A DNA stretch of 64,000 nucleotides from Amphiscolops sp. MND2022 (taxonomy: Eukaryota). A program made the position numbers and the translations under genes. The number at the start of each line of letters is the position of its first letter. Position 1 is the first letter of the stretch. The notes under the pieces were generated by a model. The model was not told where the DNA came from and did no database searches. It saw nothing but the letters and a program-made list of their open reading frames with translations. This document shows, in pieces, positions 11,901-23,160 of the stretch. Location of the stretch: contig OZ076409.1 in assembly GCA_964187785.1 (NCBI GenBank), forward strand, positions 68,388,001 through 68,452,000. The letters run 5' to 3'.

Positions 11901-12872
11901 GTCAACTAAATGTTCAAGATTGGGCATTTGGTATTTATCTTTCACAACTTCATTATTCAATGCACGTGCGTCTAAAGAAATTTTCACACTTTTGTCTTTC
12001 TTCACTGTGATTACCACAGGTTGTATAAATTGTTTATCTGTCACTTCACTGACTCGTTCAATATGGCCTTCATTTAATAATCTTTCGATTCCGTCTTGTA
12101 CCGCGTCTTGGAGTTGGATCGGTACCCTTCTACCTTTTTGTTGTGTTATTTTGGCGTTTTGTTTAAATTCTATTTTTACTTTATGTTTATTTAGTTTTCC
12201 TTGCCGTTCAAATAATTCTTTAAATTGTTGTTTTAGTTTAGTTTGTTCATTTTGTTGGTCGTTCCAATTTTCTGGTTCAATGGTTTTGTTTGGTTTATCC
12301 AATTTAATTGGTTGTGTAGTTCCGCTTGTTATTTTACAAATAGTTCTTTTACCTTCGTTTTGATTGGGTTAGACGAATTTGTCGTTGAAGGCGTTCAGCC
12401 AGTCCCTTCCAATTAGTGATTTTGCGCCTCTTTCTGCTACCAATATTCCCGCCTTCTGTAGTTTGCTGTCTCCCACTTCCAATTGGCAGAATACATAACC
12501 CAGTAAGTTCAATTTTCGTTTATTGAAGTCCACGTACTCCTCGTCTTCCGGTAGTTGTCGTATGAATAAAGTTTTTCTTTTCATTATTCGTTTGATTTCT
12601 TCAATTTCGAATCTTGTTACTGGTGACCCTGAGTCAACCATTGTTTTGAAAGGATTGCCATTTATTTTTCCGCTCATTGAAAATTGTCCATTTTCATCAC
12701 CGTCTATTGTTAGCACAATTTTATCGTCTTCTATTGCTGATCCCGAACTGCTTTCTTCCCAATCATCTATTCTTTGGATTCTTTGTGGTGGCGGTTTTGT
12801 GATTTTCCGGCTTTTTGCAAAATTACCGGCTCCTCTGGTTTGGCAACATTTTGCAAAGTGGCCTTTTTCCAC
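8910..12872 (-). pseudogene. pol: Gypsy 1 pol: protease, reverse transcriptase, RNase H, integrase, long basic tail
   Basis: PR MVDSGS (ORF 12369-12872); RT LDMRYAYGQ...FLDD (ORF 11070-12302); RH CDES..GLGAVL and ADYLSR; IN HxxH..CxxC, IDFAGP, TDPG, KVER. Lesions: TAA at 12369-12371, frameshift near 11075, TGA at 9799-9801, probable frameshift near 9230. Confidence 0.92.
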
Positions 12873-13677
12873 ATTTCATGCATGTAATGCCCATTGCCTT
12901 ACACTCCTTTAGGTGTTGTGGACTGAATGGGGCTTCGCAACGAAAGCACTTTTTTGTTGGTCCCCACCGTTTGGTCTCTGTATTTATATTATTGATTTCG
13001 TTTGGTTCGTTTTTAATGTTTGGTTTGTCCAGTTTGTCAAATGTTTGTTGTCTCAGCGTTCCTTCTTCGTAGGCTATTGCGAATTGAATTGTATCAGCGA
13101 TTGATGTTTTGGGCTCTGTACATAATTTTTGTTGAACTTCTTTATTATTCATATTCACAATGAATACATCCTTCACCAAACTTTCAGTTATTGTCCCAAA
13201 ATTGCACTTCGCCGCCAGTCCGTTAAGTTCGTTCCAGAACTGTTTTAGCGTTTCGTTTTCGTTTTGTTTTCTGCTCAGGAACTTGAATCTATCCAGCGTT
13301 TCATTTTTTGGTTTTTCAAAGCAGTCTTTGCATTTTTGTAGTAGTTCGACCAAAGTGATTGTAGCGATATTCGTTGTCGGGAATTTGTCTGAAATCGTCT
13401 TCCTTGCTGCCATTCCTAGGGCTAGATAGAGTACGCTGTTGGCTTTCTTCATTGCCGTTGCCTCTTCCATGTCTCCCATGAGGCTTTTTTCTTTGGTACC
13501 TGTAGTTTTGATGAGTTCTGCTACAGAGATGTTAGTTTTTGCCATAAGGGCTACTTCAAATAGGTCTCTCCACTTTTCCCATTCTAATTCAGGGATTTTT
13601 GTTGCTTCTTGCCAAAAGAAGGGTAATCCCGCAATTGAAGAAGTTGATGTACTTGAAGAATTGGCTCGCAGCGCCAT
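12823..13677 (-). pseudogene. gag: Gypsy 1 gag with two Cys/His knuckles, frameshifted at ~12870 into the protease frame
   Basis: RFKFLSRKQNENETLKQF..LAAKCNFG capsid-like region; CFRC..H...C followed by CMKCGK/KGHFAKCC, split by an A-run deletion. Confidence 0.9.
13664..13676 (-). promoter_or_regulatory. Primer-binding site, tRNA-Ser-like
   Basis: TGGCGCTGCGAGC directly after the 5' LTR; complementary to a ...GCUCGCAGCGCCA 3' end of the kind found in animal tRNA-Ser. Confidence 0.75.
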
Positions 13678-13954
13678 GTTTTAGGGTAGTTTCCAGTAAA
13701 GTAACGCCCTATTGTATAATTCAGTTTTCACTGTGAAGTGTATGTTTCAGGTAAAAGACGAGAAGCAATACTTTATTGTATAGACCATATGGTGACTGAG
13801 CGGATCTCAAACTTCAAGCTCTATAATTTAACCAGTACATTATTTGTAAATATATAAGATAAAATGTACAACTTGTTGGTAAAGTTTACTTCACTCATAT
13901 GTTGTTTTTAATTTAGTGTTTTGTTCTTTGCTTCTTTGATTGAGCCCTGTCACA
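13677..13954 (-). repeat. 5' LTR of Gypsy 1 (278 bp)
   Basis: TG...CA ends, followed directly by the PBS on the minus strand. Confidence 0.95.
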
Positions 13955-14973
13955 TAAAGTCAAGTGGGTATGACCAATTAAAAAATTTCCGAAGAAGGTC
14001 GCACAGTGCCGAAAAAACCGCAGCTCTTTTCGACAATAATTGAGAAATTTTTTTATGTTCCACATGAAAAAATGATCAACTAGTTTACCCTTAAACTTCG
14101 TCAAACGACTTTTGTTTCCCGAAAACCTCAAAACCGTAAATTGTGTGAAAAAATAGTTTTCGGTAACCTTTTTTCCGGTGATCCGTGAAGTGCCTAAAAA
14201 CCTCGAGGAGGTTATCTATACTTGTAAACGCGAAACGCTTCGGTTCTGCTAAAAATCGATGAGGTCACTTCGGTTTAAAAACGTCAGAAAAAAACGTCAC
14301 AAAGTTCTGAAAAAAACCCGAAGGGGCCCTTTAGTCTTCCCTCTACTATTCGCCAGCGTAAAAAGTAGTAAGTGCCAGGCTGGAACTCGTCCTTTTTCTC
14401 GGACCTCGGCTTTAGCAAATCTGAGTTAACCTATAGGCCGCGTGGCAGTGAGAAGGTACTAAGTTACAACTTATAAAAATGTTTACAGACTGTCAGCTCG
14501 TTGACCTTCAAAAAATGAACTACTTTAGTTGGCTTTTTCTATCGGAAACGCCAACTATAAATAGAAAAATATGCCCCTTGCTAGTTGGAACGAAATCAAA
14601 ATCTAGAAAGTATTTTTGAACGAATCTGGTAAAAAAAGGTATAGTTCGGTTTTTGCGACCCGGTTTCTCTAATCAATTGATTCGAAATAATTTTGTTTAG
14701 TTTTGAGATATTTCCATTAGACTCATTCTAAAACTAATTTTCACCAGCGGATAGTAAGTGAAAATTGGTTCACGAATTTTGCTAGCACAATTCAACTGGT
14801 GGTGGAGTACTACGCGATGAGCTGCCAATCGGTAAAAAACTTTAAACTAACTTTTAACCGACTCCCAATTTTGGCGCAAGAGGTGAACGAAAATTAAAAA
14901 ACCAGTGAAATGAACATTTCTCTTTCATCTTGTCTACATTTCAACAAAAGAAACTCATTTTAAAAAAAAGTGG

Positions 14974-15983
14974 AATGAATTAATTACAAAGAATTATGTG
15001 TCGAATATAAAGATCGTTATCGACGGAGAGCAGAGAAATTGCCATCCGCCTTTCTAGTCAAGAAATTAAAGAAGTACGCATCGCTGAAACTCTATACTGT
15101 ACCACGGACCCATTTACCGCAATATTCAAATGTTCCAAGAAACGGGCTAAAAACGAGTATATCCGAAGTGGGAGGAAAACGTCTATCACCCAAAAAATTA
15201 TATGATCATTGGTAGGACTTGAAAAGTTTGTTTTTGCAAAATACTGGAATTTATCACGTCCAAATTTATTCAATAAACATTTTTTCATGTTAGCTCCAAA
15301 ACTGTATGTCGACAGCATTCAAAATCGGACTATAATAGACGTGTTTCAGAAAAAAAATTTGGGTATCACTTAGAAAAATCCGATAGTTTCAAGTTGGCGT
15401 CGCAACCGAACTAAATAGATTTTTTTGGATTCGAGACAATGGATATTCTCCGACGAATGTCAACTAGTAATTACTTCCGGCGAAACAATCCGAATGGATT
15501 TCAACAGTGTTTACAAAAGCTTTAAAAATTTCAGTTCTGATCTGGGTTGGCGCAACCTTCCATGGAGTTATATTCATTTCAGAAATGTAGGGAAAAGTTT
15601 ATTCCAGTCAAAACAGTGGCGTCTTGGCGACGACTTTGCCTGCTATCAATTGAAGTTGCTATAGCTACCCTTTCATTTTCCAGCAAGACAACGCGAGTAT
15701 TCACACATCAATTTACACATCTCAATTCTTCCTCCTAAACATTATACAAAGATCAGCGTGGCCAGCACAGTCACCCATTTTGAATATCATTAAAAACATT
15801 TGGTTGCATTGTAAGCTGTATACAGTAAAATACCCACCCTTCACAAAAGTCTGAGCAACTATATCAAACGTTTTTAGAAATGTTCTACGCATATCCCCAG
15901 GAAAACCTCCAAAATTTGTATGATAGCCTGTCCCGACGATTGAAAGAGGCGTTCGCTTGAAAGGGCATTCGTCTAAACATTAA
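14974..15983 (+). pseudogene. Degenerate Tc1-family (DD34E) transposase
   Basis: WIFSDE at ~15440, FQQDNASIH at ~15678, and WPAQSPILNIIKNIW (consensus WPxxSPDLNPIENLW) with 34 residues between the second D and the E position (E>K); several frameshifts. 5' boundary approximate. Confidence 0.85.
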
Positions 15984-16011
15984 CAAGCGAAACGTTTGAA
16001 TCCACTCCCGT

Positions 16012-16195
16012 TGTTGTATTCTAGCTTTATGGTTGAAGAAGTATTTCAGTACAAAACTCAATTGTTTTCTAGCTTACTATTCGAGCTATATGATTGTAGA
16101 TCATCTGCACTTAAGTGGCAGGTATTTAGACAAAAGAACATCAACAATACAAATAGCATATAGACTAATTAAGTTAATTGTCTGCACTCTCTACA
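16012..16195 (-). repeat. 3' LTR of Gypsy 2 (184 bp)
   Basis: Matches 21821-22013. Confidence 0.95.
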
Positions 16196-19100
16196 TTTCC
16201 CCTCTCACTATTGGCTGATGTTCGGCCAATGGGGTTCTGTTCTTCTGCTGTATGGCGGTAGTCCCTCCAATGGTCCAGTTGTTTGTGGACGGGTACCCGA
16301 TCCTCGCTTGTATGGTTGTCACGGTGAGCGTTTATCCGTGACGTCAGTTTGCTGTCCGTTGTATGGTCGAATTGGGGTTGTTTGTTTCCGTTTCCATTTG
16401 ACTCAGTGTTGCTTCCGAGTTCAGCCTTTCTACGATGTTTCCTGTAATCATGACATACTGGATTATTATATCTAACAATTGGGTTGGTTTTTGTTAGTCT
16501 TTTTGATCTGCGTATTGTTTTTTCTTCTTCGTGTTTAATGTCTGCTTCAAATTCGGTGCTAGAGCTCATGTTACTGATCAGGTCTAATTCAGAATTTTCA
16601 AAGTTGTTCTCTTCCCCCGTTTTAGGGAAAGAAGTCAGATTTTTAAACACCTTACCGTTATCATCTCTGATAAATAGTTCATCGTTCGCTTGTCTAGCGT
16701 CTTCGATAGCACGGTTGATCTCCGTGTCTGTCATGTTGGCGGCAGTGATGGTAAGCGGACCAGTGCTGCTCATCCCTCCTGGTGAGGATTGGTGGGGGCT
16801 TGAGCTCTTCCGGTCTCGTACTGATATCACTGGTCTGCCTCTGCCATACGTGCCCTTTTTCACCGTGGCGTTGTCTGATTGGTCCGTGGTGATTGGGTTG
16901 TTTGTCTCTCGTGGCGGTGTCTCGGTGTCTGATTCGATCACGTATGCCCTCTTCGGTTTTGATGGTGATCTTGTAAACCGGCCGTCTGGTCCTCTCGGCC
17001 CGGTTCCTCTGTTGTTGTTGCAATCCTGGTTAAAATCACAGATGGGTTTACTAATGGATTTCTTGTGTATTATTCTTCCGTTTGGCGTTGTTACGGTATG
17101 GTTCGTTTCCGAAATAGCTATATTCGGTTTATCTGTATATGCACTTTCGAATTTTGATTTCTGATGTTTTTTTCTAAGAAAAGGAAGGGTTGATTACTAA
17201 CTCCTTTATCGTTTTTTCTTGTCTTCATCGGTAGCTGGTCAGAGGCATCGCCAACTCCGCTGAATGAATATACCTGTAAGGTATCTGGTTTCGCTGAAAT
17301 GGAATTCTTTGTTAGATTTTTTAAGTTATCTAAGTTTAACAGATTGGATATTTCCGTGTTTGGTTTTCGAACGTAGTGTAGTTCGAATGCGGATTTCTTT
17401 AGTTTCGTGTGAGGTGTTTTTCTCATCACGTCTAATGACAAGTCTAAGGCTTTTCCTAACCGCTCGCCGGCCTTAATGTTCGTTAGAAGATTGTCTTTCA
17501 GAGTTCTGACCCCTCGTTCTACTAAGCCTGTGGGGGTGTGAATATACGGTGTTCCGTAAATCAGTTTGATGTAGTGTTTTTTGCAGGAATTGCGAAAAGT
17601 GCGGCCCGTGACTGCAGTTGCCTTATCTGTTCTGATTGTCTTTGGTATACCGTTCAGCTGAATATATTGTTCAAGAAATTTTACCGCCGTTTCCCCGTCG
17701 GTATATTTACAAAAACTGGCTGCCGGCTATTGCTGTACCGGTCAATTTACAAAAGTATATGAAATCGACGGTTGTTATCCGTGTATGGTCCGATGAAATC
17801 CAATTGGATTTCTTCGTTCGGGCTATTCACCGGGGGTAGGTTATTTTTTTTCGTGCTGGGTATGTTAGGTTTTATACTCTTACCGGACATTTTGCAGGGG
17901 ATGCAAGTTTCACATTTCTTTGGTATGGCTTCCGTCATCTTTGGCCACCAGAAGTGTCGAGCTGCCAAGGTCATCTTATTGATGGCTGGGTGTCCTTTGT
18001 GCAAAAGACTGATGACTGTGGTTCGGAGATTCTTTGGCAATATGATTCTGTCCTCCATGAAGACAAGACCGAACCGGCTGGATAACTTTCTTCGGACCAT
18101 TTGGTACTCGTCGGGTATCATTTCTTGTTTTTGTCTTTCGAGACATACCAGGGTTTTTAGCAGGCTGGGGTCATTTGTGGTCTCAGTCATTAATAGCTGT
18201 AAATCCGTGGAGAAGTTCTTTTCTGTCTCCTGCACTGCTTGTATTAGGTTCCAGTCGTTTTGCTCTTCGGCTGCAATTCTTGGTGCGTGTCCAATCTTTA
18301 CATACTGGACACTTTTTACCCCGACATATCGTGCCCAATTTATCGCTGGTACTTCTAGGACTGAAGGGTCTTGGTCTGTTTCTGAGTCGATCTCACCTTC
18401 TTCCATGGGGATCGGTGCGGAGGATGGGCCAGGTTTGTCCGGTTGGTGTTGTTGCACTGCGGTTGGTCGATCCATTTCCCAAAATGTGTCCACAAATTGC
18501 TCGGAGTAACCGGTTTGTGGTTGATAGCCCCCTTTGTGTTGCGGTCCGATAATTTGTCGAAGGTCTTCTGGTTGTCGATTACTGGTAAGTTGTTGTAATC
18601 GTTCCTCTATGACTTTCCTTTCGTTGCGAAGGAATTTGTGTTCATGGTAGCGTTTCCATCTCCCCCCGGTCATGCGATAAATTCCAGGTTTTACAATTTC
18701 TTTCCACCGAGTCGTTAGCTCGGTTATTTCGGCGGAATTAATTCTCGCTTTGATGTTTTCGATTGTTCTAGCATCCATTGTTAATGTGGTATGCTTTGAA
18801 TTATTCGATTTGTTTGGATTTGAGCGTGTGTGTACGTCGCTGTAAAGGCAATTAATGGCAGTTTGTTTACGCGTGTCGTTTGTCAATGGCTCGTTGTTTG
18901 ATTTGCGTTCGCTTTTCTCGGTACCGTTTTCTGATTGGCTCGTGTGGTTGCTAAGGCAACCGTATTTGGAGATGAAGCTGTAGTGTGGATTGATATTGTT
19001 GATTACGTATTCTTCGTCGTACGTGTCGTCCGCTTGTGGTGGTAATACCGGATTTCTGCTGAGATAATCCGTGAGTGCTAAATGTTTGCCGGCTATGTGG

Positions 19101-21753
19101 TTTACGTTGATCGTAAAATGTGCTAACCGGTCCAACCACCGTGTTAAACGTGCGCTATATGTTTTATTGGAACGATTTCGTTTAATTAATGGTTCTAATG
19201 CCTGGTGATCCGTCAAGAGTTTAATAGGTTTACCGTAAATATAGACGGAAATGTTCTAGGCCCCAAACTACTGCCAGTAATTCGAGCTCATTGATGGCGT
19301 CTTTTTTTTCTGTGTCTGATAGGAAACGATTTGCAAAACCGATGGGTTTTAGTGTTCCGTTTGGTTGTTCTTGCCATAAGGTCGCCCCTAGGCCTTTTGT
19401 GCTCGCGTCGGTTGTTATTACGTTTGGATAGTCGGAGTTGTAATGTGCTAGACACGGTATTTCCGTGATCTTTTGTGTTTTATATTTTCGAAAGCCAGTG
19501 TGTGTTCTTCCGTCCAGAGCCTTTGCTATTTTTTTTCAACAACTGTCTCAGACTGTCAGTTTGGGCGGAAAGATTGTCAATGTACTTTGACAGATACTGG
19601 ATGGCTCCCAGAAAGGATTTTAGTTCCTTTTCGTTGTTCGGTTGTTTTAGTTCTTTTATAGCCAGTAACTTGTCTTGTAACGGTCGGATTCCGGCTTGGT
19701 CTATCCGGTGACCGATCCTTTCAATTTCTGTTTTGAAAAATTCGGATTTTGTTTCGCTCAGTCTGTATCCGGCGTTTTCCTGTATCCGGCGTTTTCGAGC
19801 TTGGTTAGGACGTCGATTAATTCTTTCATGTGCTCTTCTTTGGATCCTTTCGTTACTACGATGATATCGTCTAACCATGCTGGGTGTTTTTTTTCCAGTG
19901 TCTGGTCGATCTTTTCTTGAAAGATCGTCGGTATATCCGCTAACCCGTAAAACCCTTTTAGGAAACGGTAGTAACCGGTGAAGTTTCCTCCGGTTACGGC
20001 GAATAAGCACAAGTTTCTGGCTGATTTTGAGAGTATGAGCTGACCGTAGGCGTAATCTAAATCGAATTTGGAGATCCAGATTTCGTCTGCTGGGCCATCT
20101 GCTATTTTTCTCGATATTCTCGAAATCAACTCCTCCATGTTCGGCCTTTGAGCTTTTCGTTTCACGGTTATTTCGTTTAGCTTTCTTGAATCTAACGCGA
20201 TTTTTACGGAATTATCTTTCTTTACCGTGATGACTGCTGGGCTTACGAAGCAATTTTCGTCGATATTATTGGCCTTTTCGATGTGGCCTTGTTTTATTAG
20301 CTTTTCTATTTCTTTTTCCACCGATTGTTGTAAATGTATCGGTATGGGTCTTCCTTTCTGTTGTATCAATTTTGCGTCTTCTTTCAGTTGTATTTCAACT
20401 TCTAGCACGTTTACTGTATGGTTTTCCTTGAACAGTTTTTTGAATATCGTTTTTAGTTTCGTTACGTCTGGGTCTTCTTTTATTTGGTGTATTTAGAGGA
20501 CGGTCGTACCGGTCTCCAGTGTTATTCCCAATTTTTCATCCAGTCCAAACCTAGCAAGGGGTTTGTTTTCTTGGTTGTTACTAAGAGCTCCAGTTCTTTT
20601 CGGGTTCCGTTAATTTCTACTTTCGCGGTTGTTTTCCCTTCAAATCGTATCCGGTTGTCATTCACGTCCCGGTATTCTGTTTCCAGGGGTCGTAATGGTG
20701 TTAACTTGTTGAATTGTGATTTTGGTATTAGCGTTACTGGTGAACCGCTGTCTATTATAAATTTGATTGGTCGGTTATTGACCAATGCAGTGACTGTGAA
20801 GAATTCCGGTCCGTTGCTGCTCATCGACCGGGTTGAGTGTATCTTTTGTTTTACCGAATGGATTGTGTTCGGTATCCAGTCATCTTCACCCGCGCTGCTT
20901 GTTTCGCCTTCCATTAGGTGGTTTACTCTTTTGTTTGCGCGGCAGCATTTAGCAAAATGGCCGATTTTGCCGCATTTTGCGCATTTCTTTCCTCTGGCGG
21001 GACATTCATGTTGGCGTGACCAGTTCGGTGCTCCGCAACGGTTGCAGTCGATCTTTTTAAATTTTGCCGGTTTTTCTGGTTGTTCTTTTTTGGTTTTTGT
21101 TTTTCGTTTGTTTACATATCGGATTATCTTCTCTTCCTCTGTTTCGGGTGAGTCGTTTAATTTTTCATACATATACTCATGTATTGCATCAGTTATGGCT
21201 TCTACCGACATGTCACTCTTTCTGATTTTCTTTTTTAGGTCGTAATCACCGGTTGATTTACCAATAAGTGACAAAAATTTTGAAGCGAGAAGTTGTGCTG
21301 CGGTAACTGTTTCAAATTCGCAGTTCTTTTCTACTTCTACAGTACAGTTTTCTACTTTCTACTTTCTACTTACAGTTTGTATAATGGTAATGAGCTCGGT
21401 TCTCTTTCCCTGACCGTCTTTGTCATCTCCGTGATAGCATTTTGTCCGATTGCCCAAATAAAAATGTCTTTTATATCTGTTTCGAGTTGTTCACGGTATT
21501 GTGGTAGGATTTCTTTACTGTTCGTCATGGTTGACAAATCTATATCTTTCGTCATTTTTATGTATTGGACGAATTTTCTCCACCACATGCTTGCATTGGC
21601 TTGGTCTTGTTTTTCTAGCGTGGGAATGGTGAGCTTCTGGGAGCAGGTCCGGTCTACCGTCCTGTTCATTGTGTCGATCGGTAACATTTGTCCGTCTCGT
21701 TGTGTTCCCGCTGACGTCTGTGTGTTTTCTCCGTCTCCCGTATTTTCTTCCAT
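16174..21753 (-). pseudogene. pol: Gypsy 2 gag-pol, fragmented
   Basis: gag 21370-21753; knuckles CNRC..H.C and CAKCGKIGHFAKCC plus PR FIIDSGS (20522-21274); RT FDLDYAYGQ...WLDD (19758-20408); RH TDHQAL..RW...TDYLSR; IN HKGH...CETC, LDFIGP. Many frameshifts, including a 17-bp duplication at 19763-19796. Confidence 0.92.
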
Positions 21754-21820
21754 ATTGAATGGTTAATTTCTCTTTTTGGTGTAAATCGTGTATAGCTTTA
21801 AAGCTATTCTGACTGCGCCA

Positions 21821-22013
21821 TGTTGTATTCTAGCTTTATGGTTGAAGAAGTATTTCAGTACAAAACTCAATTGTTTTCTAGCTTACTATTCGAGCTATAT
21901 GATTGTAGATCATCTGCACTTAAGTGGCAGGTATTTAGACAAAAGAACATCAACAATACAAATGTAGTAAATAGCATATAGACTAATTAAGTTAATTGTC
22001 TGCACTCTCTACA
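21821..22013 (-). repeat. 5' LTR of Gypsy 2 (193 bp), with tRNA-Ser-like PBS at 21809-21820
   Basis: TG...CA ends followed directly by TGGCGCAGTCAG. Confidence 0.93.
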
Positions 22014-22107
22014 CCCCTTGAGGTTAATATAATTTAATTTATACTTGCTGCAGGTTTAATTATGTTCAAAACGGTGCAATTATTCAGTCCAATGACTGGC
22101 TGTGCAA

Positions 22108-22599
22108 GCAAGACGGGAATATCTAAACTCTGCGCTATACCTAAGACCCAAACAGTGCAGTTTTTAAATATGCGCAGGACGTTTTTTTTGAAAAACACAA
22201 AAAGTTTCGAATTTCGAAACAGTCTTATAGTTCCTGAAAACGCAAAAAAGAGGGGATCTTTGTGTATTTGTATCATCCAGTTGGGCGCAGTTAATTAAAA
22301 TAACGAAAGAGAGGACCCTTTGGTGACATCAAAAACACTCGAGAAAAGAGTCTCTCAATGCCGAAAAATCAGTAAAACTAAACCCTTTGGGTTGTCTAGT
22401 AACGAAAAAAGCTCTGAAAACTATGGCACTTAAAGGTGGCACCCTTTGAAATCACCCGAGATTGCTTTCTAGTGAGGTAAAAAGTCCTAGAGAAATTGTG
22501 TAAAAAGTGGACGTTTCAGTTTGATGCCTGTTGTCTGGAGAAAAAAGGTCACTATAAGAGTGACATTTTTAGTTTCACAAAAAGTGCCGACTAAAAAAA
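22108..22599 (-). mobile_element. HINE family A copy (diverged)
   Basis: CAAGACGGGAATATC start, GTGCCGACTAAAAAAA end. Confidence 0.65.
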
Positions 22600-23160
22600 C
22601 GGTTTTTAGGTATTTAGCGATGCTCCTGCAACTGTAAATTTTCCCGCAAACAGTTAAAAGGTTGACCTGTCTCCTGGGTCACCGGATCGAATGAAAATTC
22701 GGGGCTGACATCTCGTCAGGTGAAAATATGCAGAAGGAAATTTCGCAATTCTAGATGTATTTTTAGCAACAATTTTGATTGTACACTTATCTCTCCACAT
22801 GTTGCGCTATTTGGACCAATATATTTACTTTTGCTACAGAAAAAAACTTGACCTTAGTGATCTATCATCATTCCAGCTGACACTGGGGTAAAAAATATGA
22901 AATTCCATCTAACGTCAACACTCTTGGTCGTACTGCAAATTGGTTACAGACTGTTTCATGCTTGAGTCATTTCAGATCGTCTCAAAAAAATTTCCTGAAT
23001 TTGTCAAGATTACGACAATAAATTCGATTGAGATTGTATCGTTCATAGTTTAAATCTGGACGGACTTGACATCTGCAGATAATCTGTACCGTACAATGTA
23101 ACAATCATAAATGCATAGTACGGAATTTTCGTAGCAATTAGAAAAGTAGAGGTAGGACAA

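Larger units (their letters stand above)
8522..13954 (-). mobile_element. Full-length Ty3/Gypsy LTR retrotransposon 1 (Mag-like), mutated
   Basis: LTRs 8522-8794 and 13677-13954 (TG...CA); TSD TAAAG at 8517-8521 and 13955-13959; PBS TGGCGCTGCGAGC; PPT AGAAACGAAGGAGGAG; domain order gag-PR-RT-RH-IN. Confidence 0.97.
8272..14560 (-). mobile_element. HINE family A copy split by the Gypsy insertion (pieces 8272-8521 and 13960-14560)
   Basis: ACAAGGGCCCAAGTCGG start; family-A sequence resumes after the LTR and ends ACGCCAACTATAA. Confidence 0.6.
16012..22013 (-). mobile_element. Full-length Ty3/Gypsy LTR retrotransposon 2, mutated
   Basis: LTRs 16012-16195 and 21821-22013 (9-bp indel); TSD CCCGT/CCCCT (4/5); PBS TGGCGCAGTCAG; PPT GAGAGGGGAAA; gag-PR-RT-RH-IN order. 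Confidence 0.96.

Noticed and set aside
9005..13684. Plus-strand hydrophobic ORFs as env or antisense genes
   Set aside because: They are antisense shadows of A-rich gag-pol codons; no signal peptide, furin site and TM arrangement. The same applies to 16218-21766.
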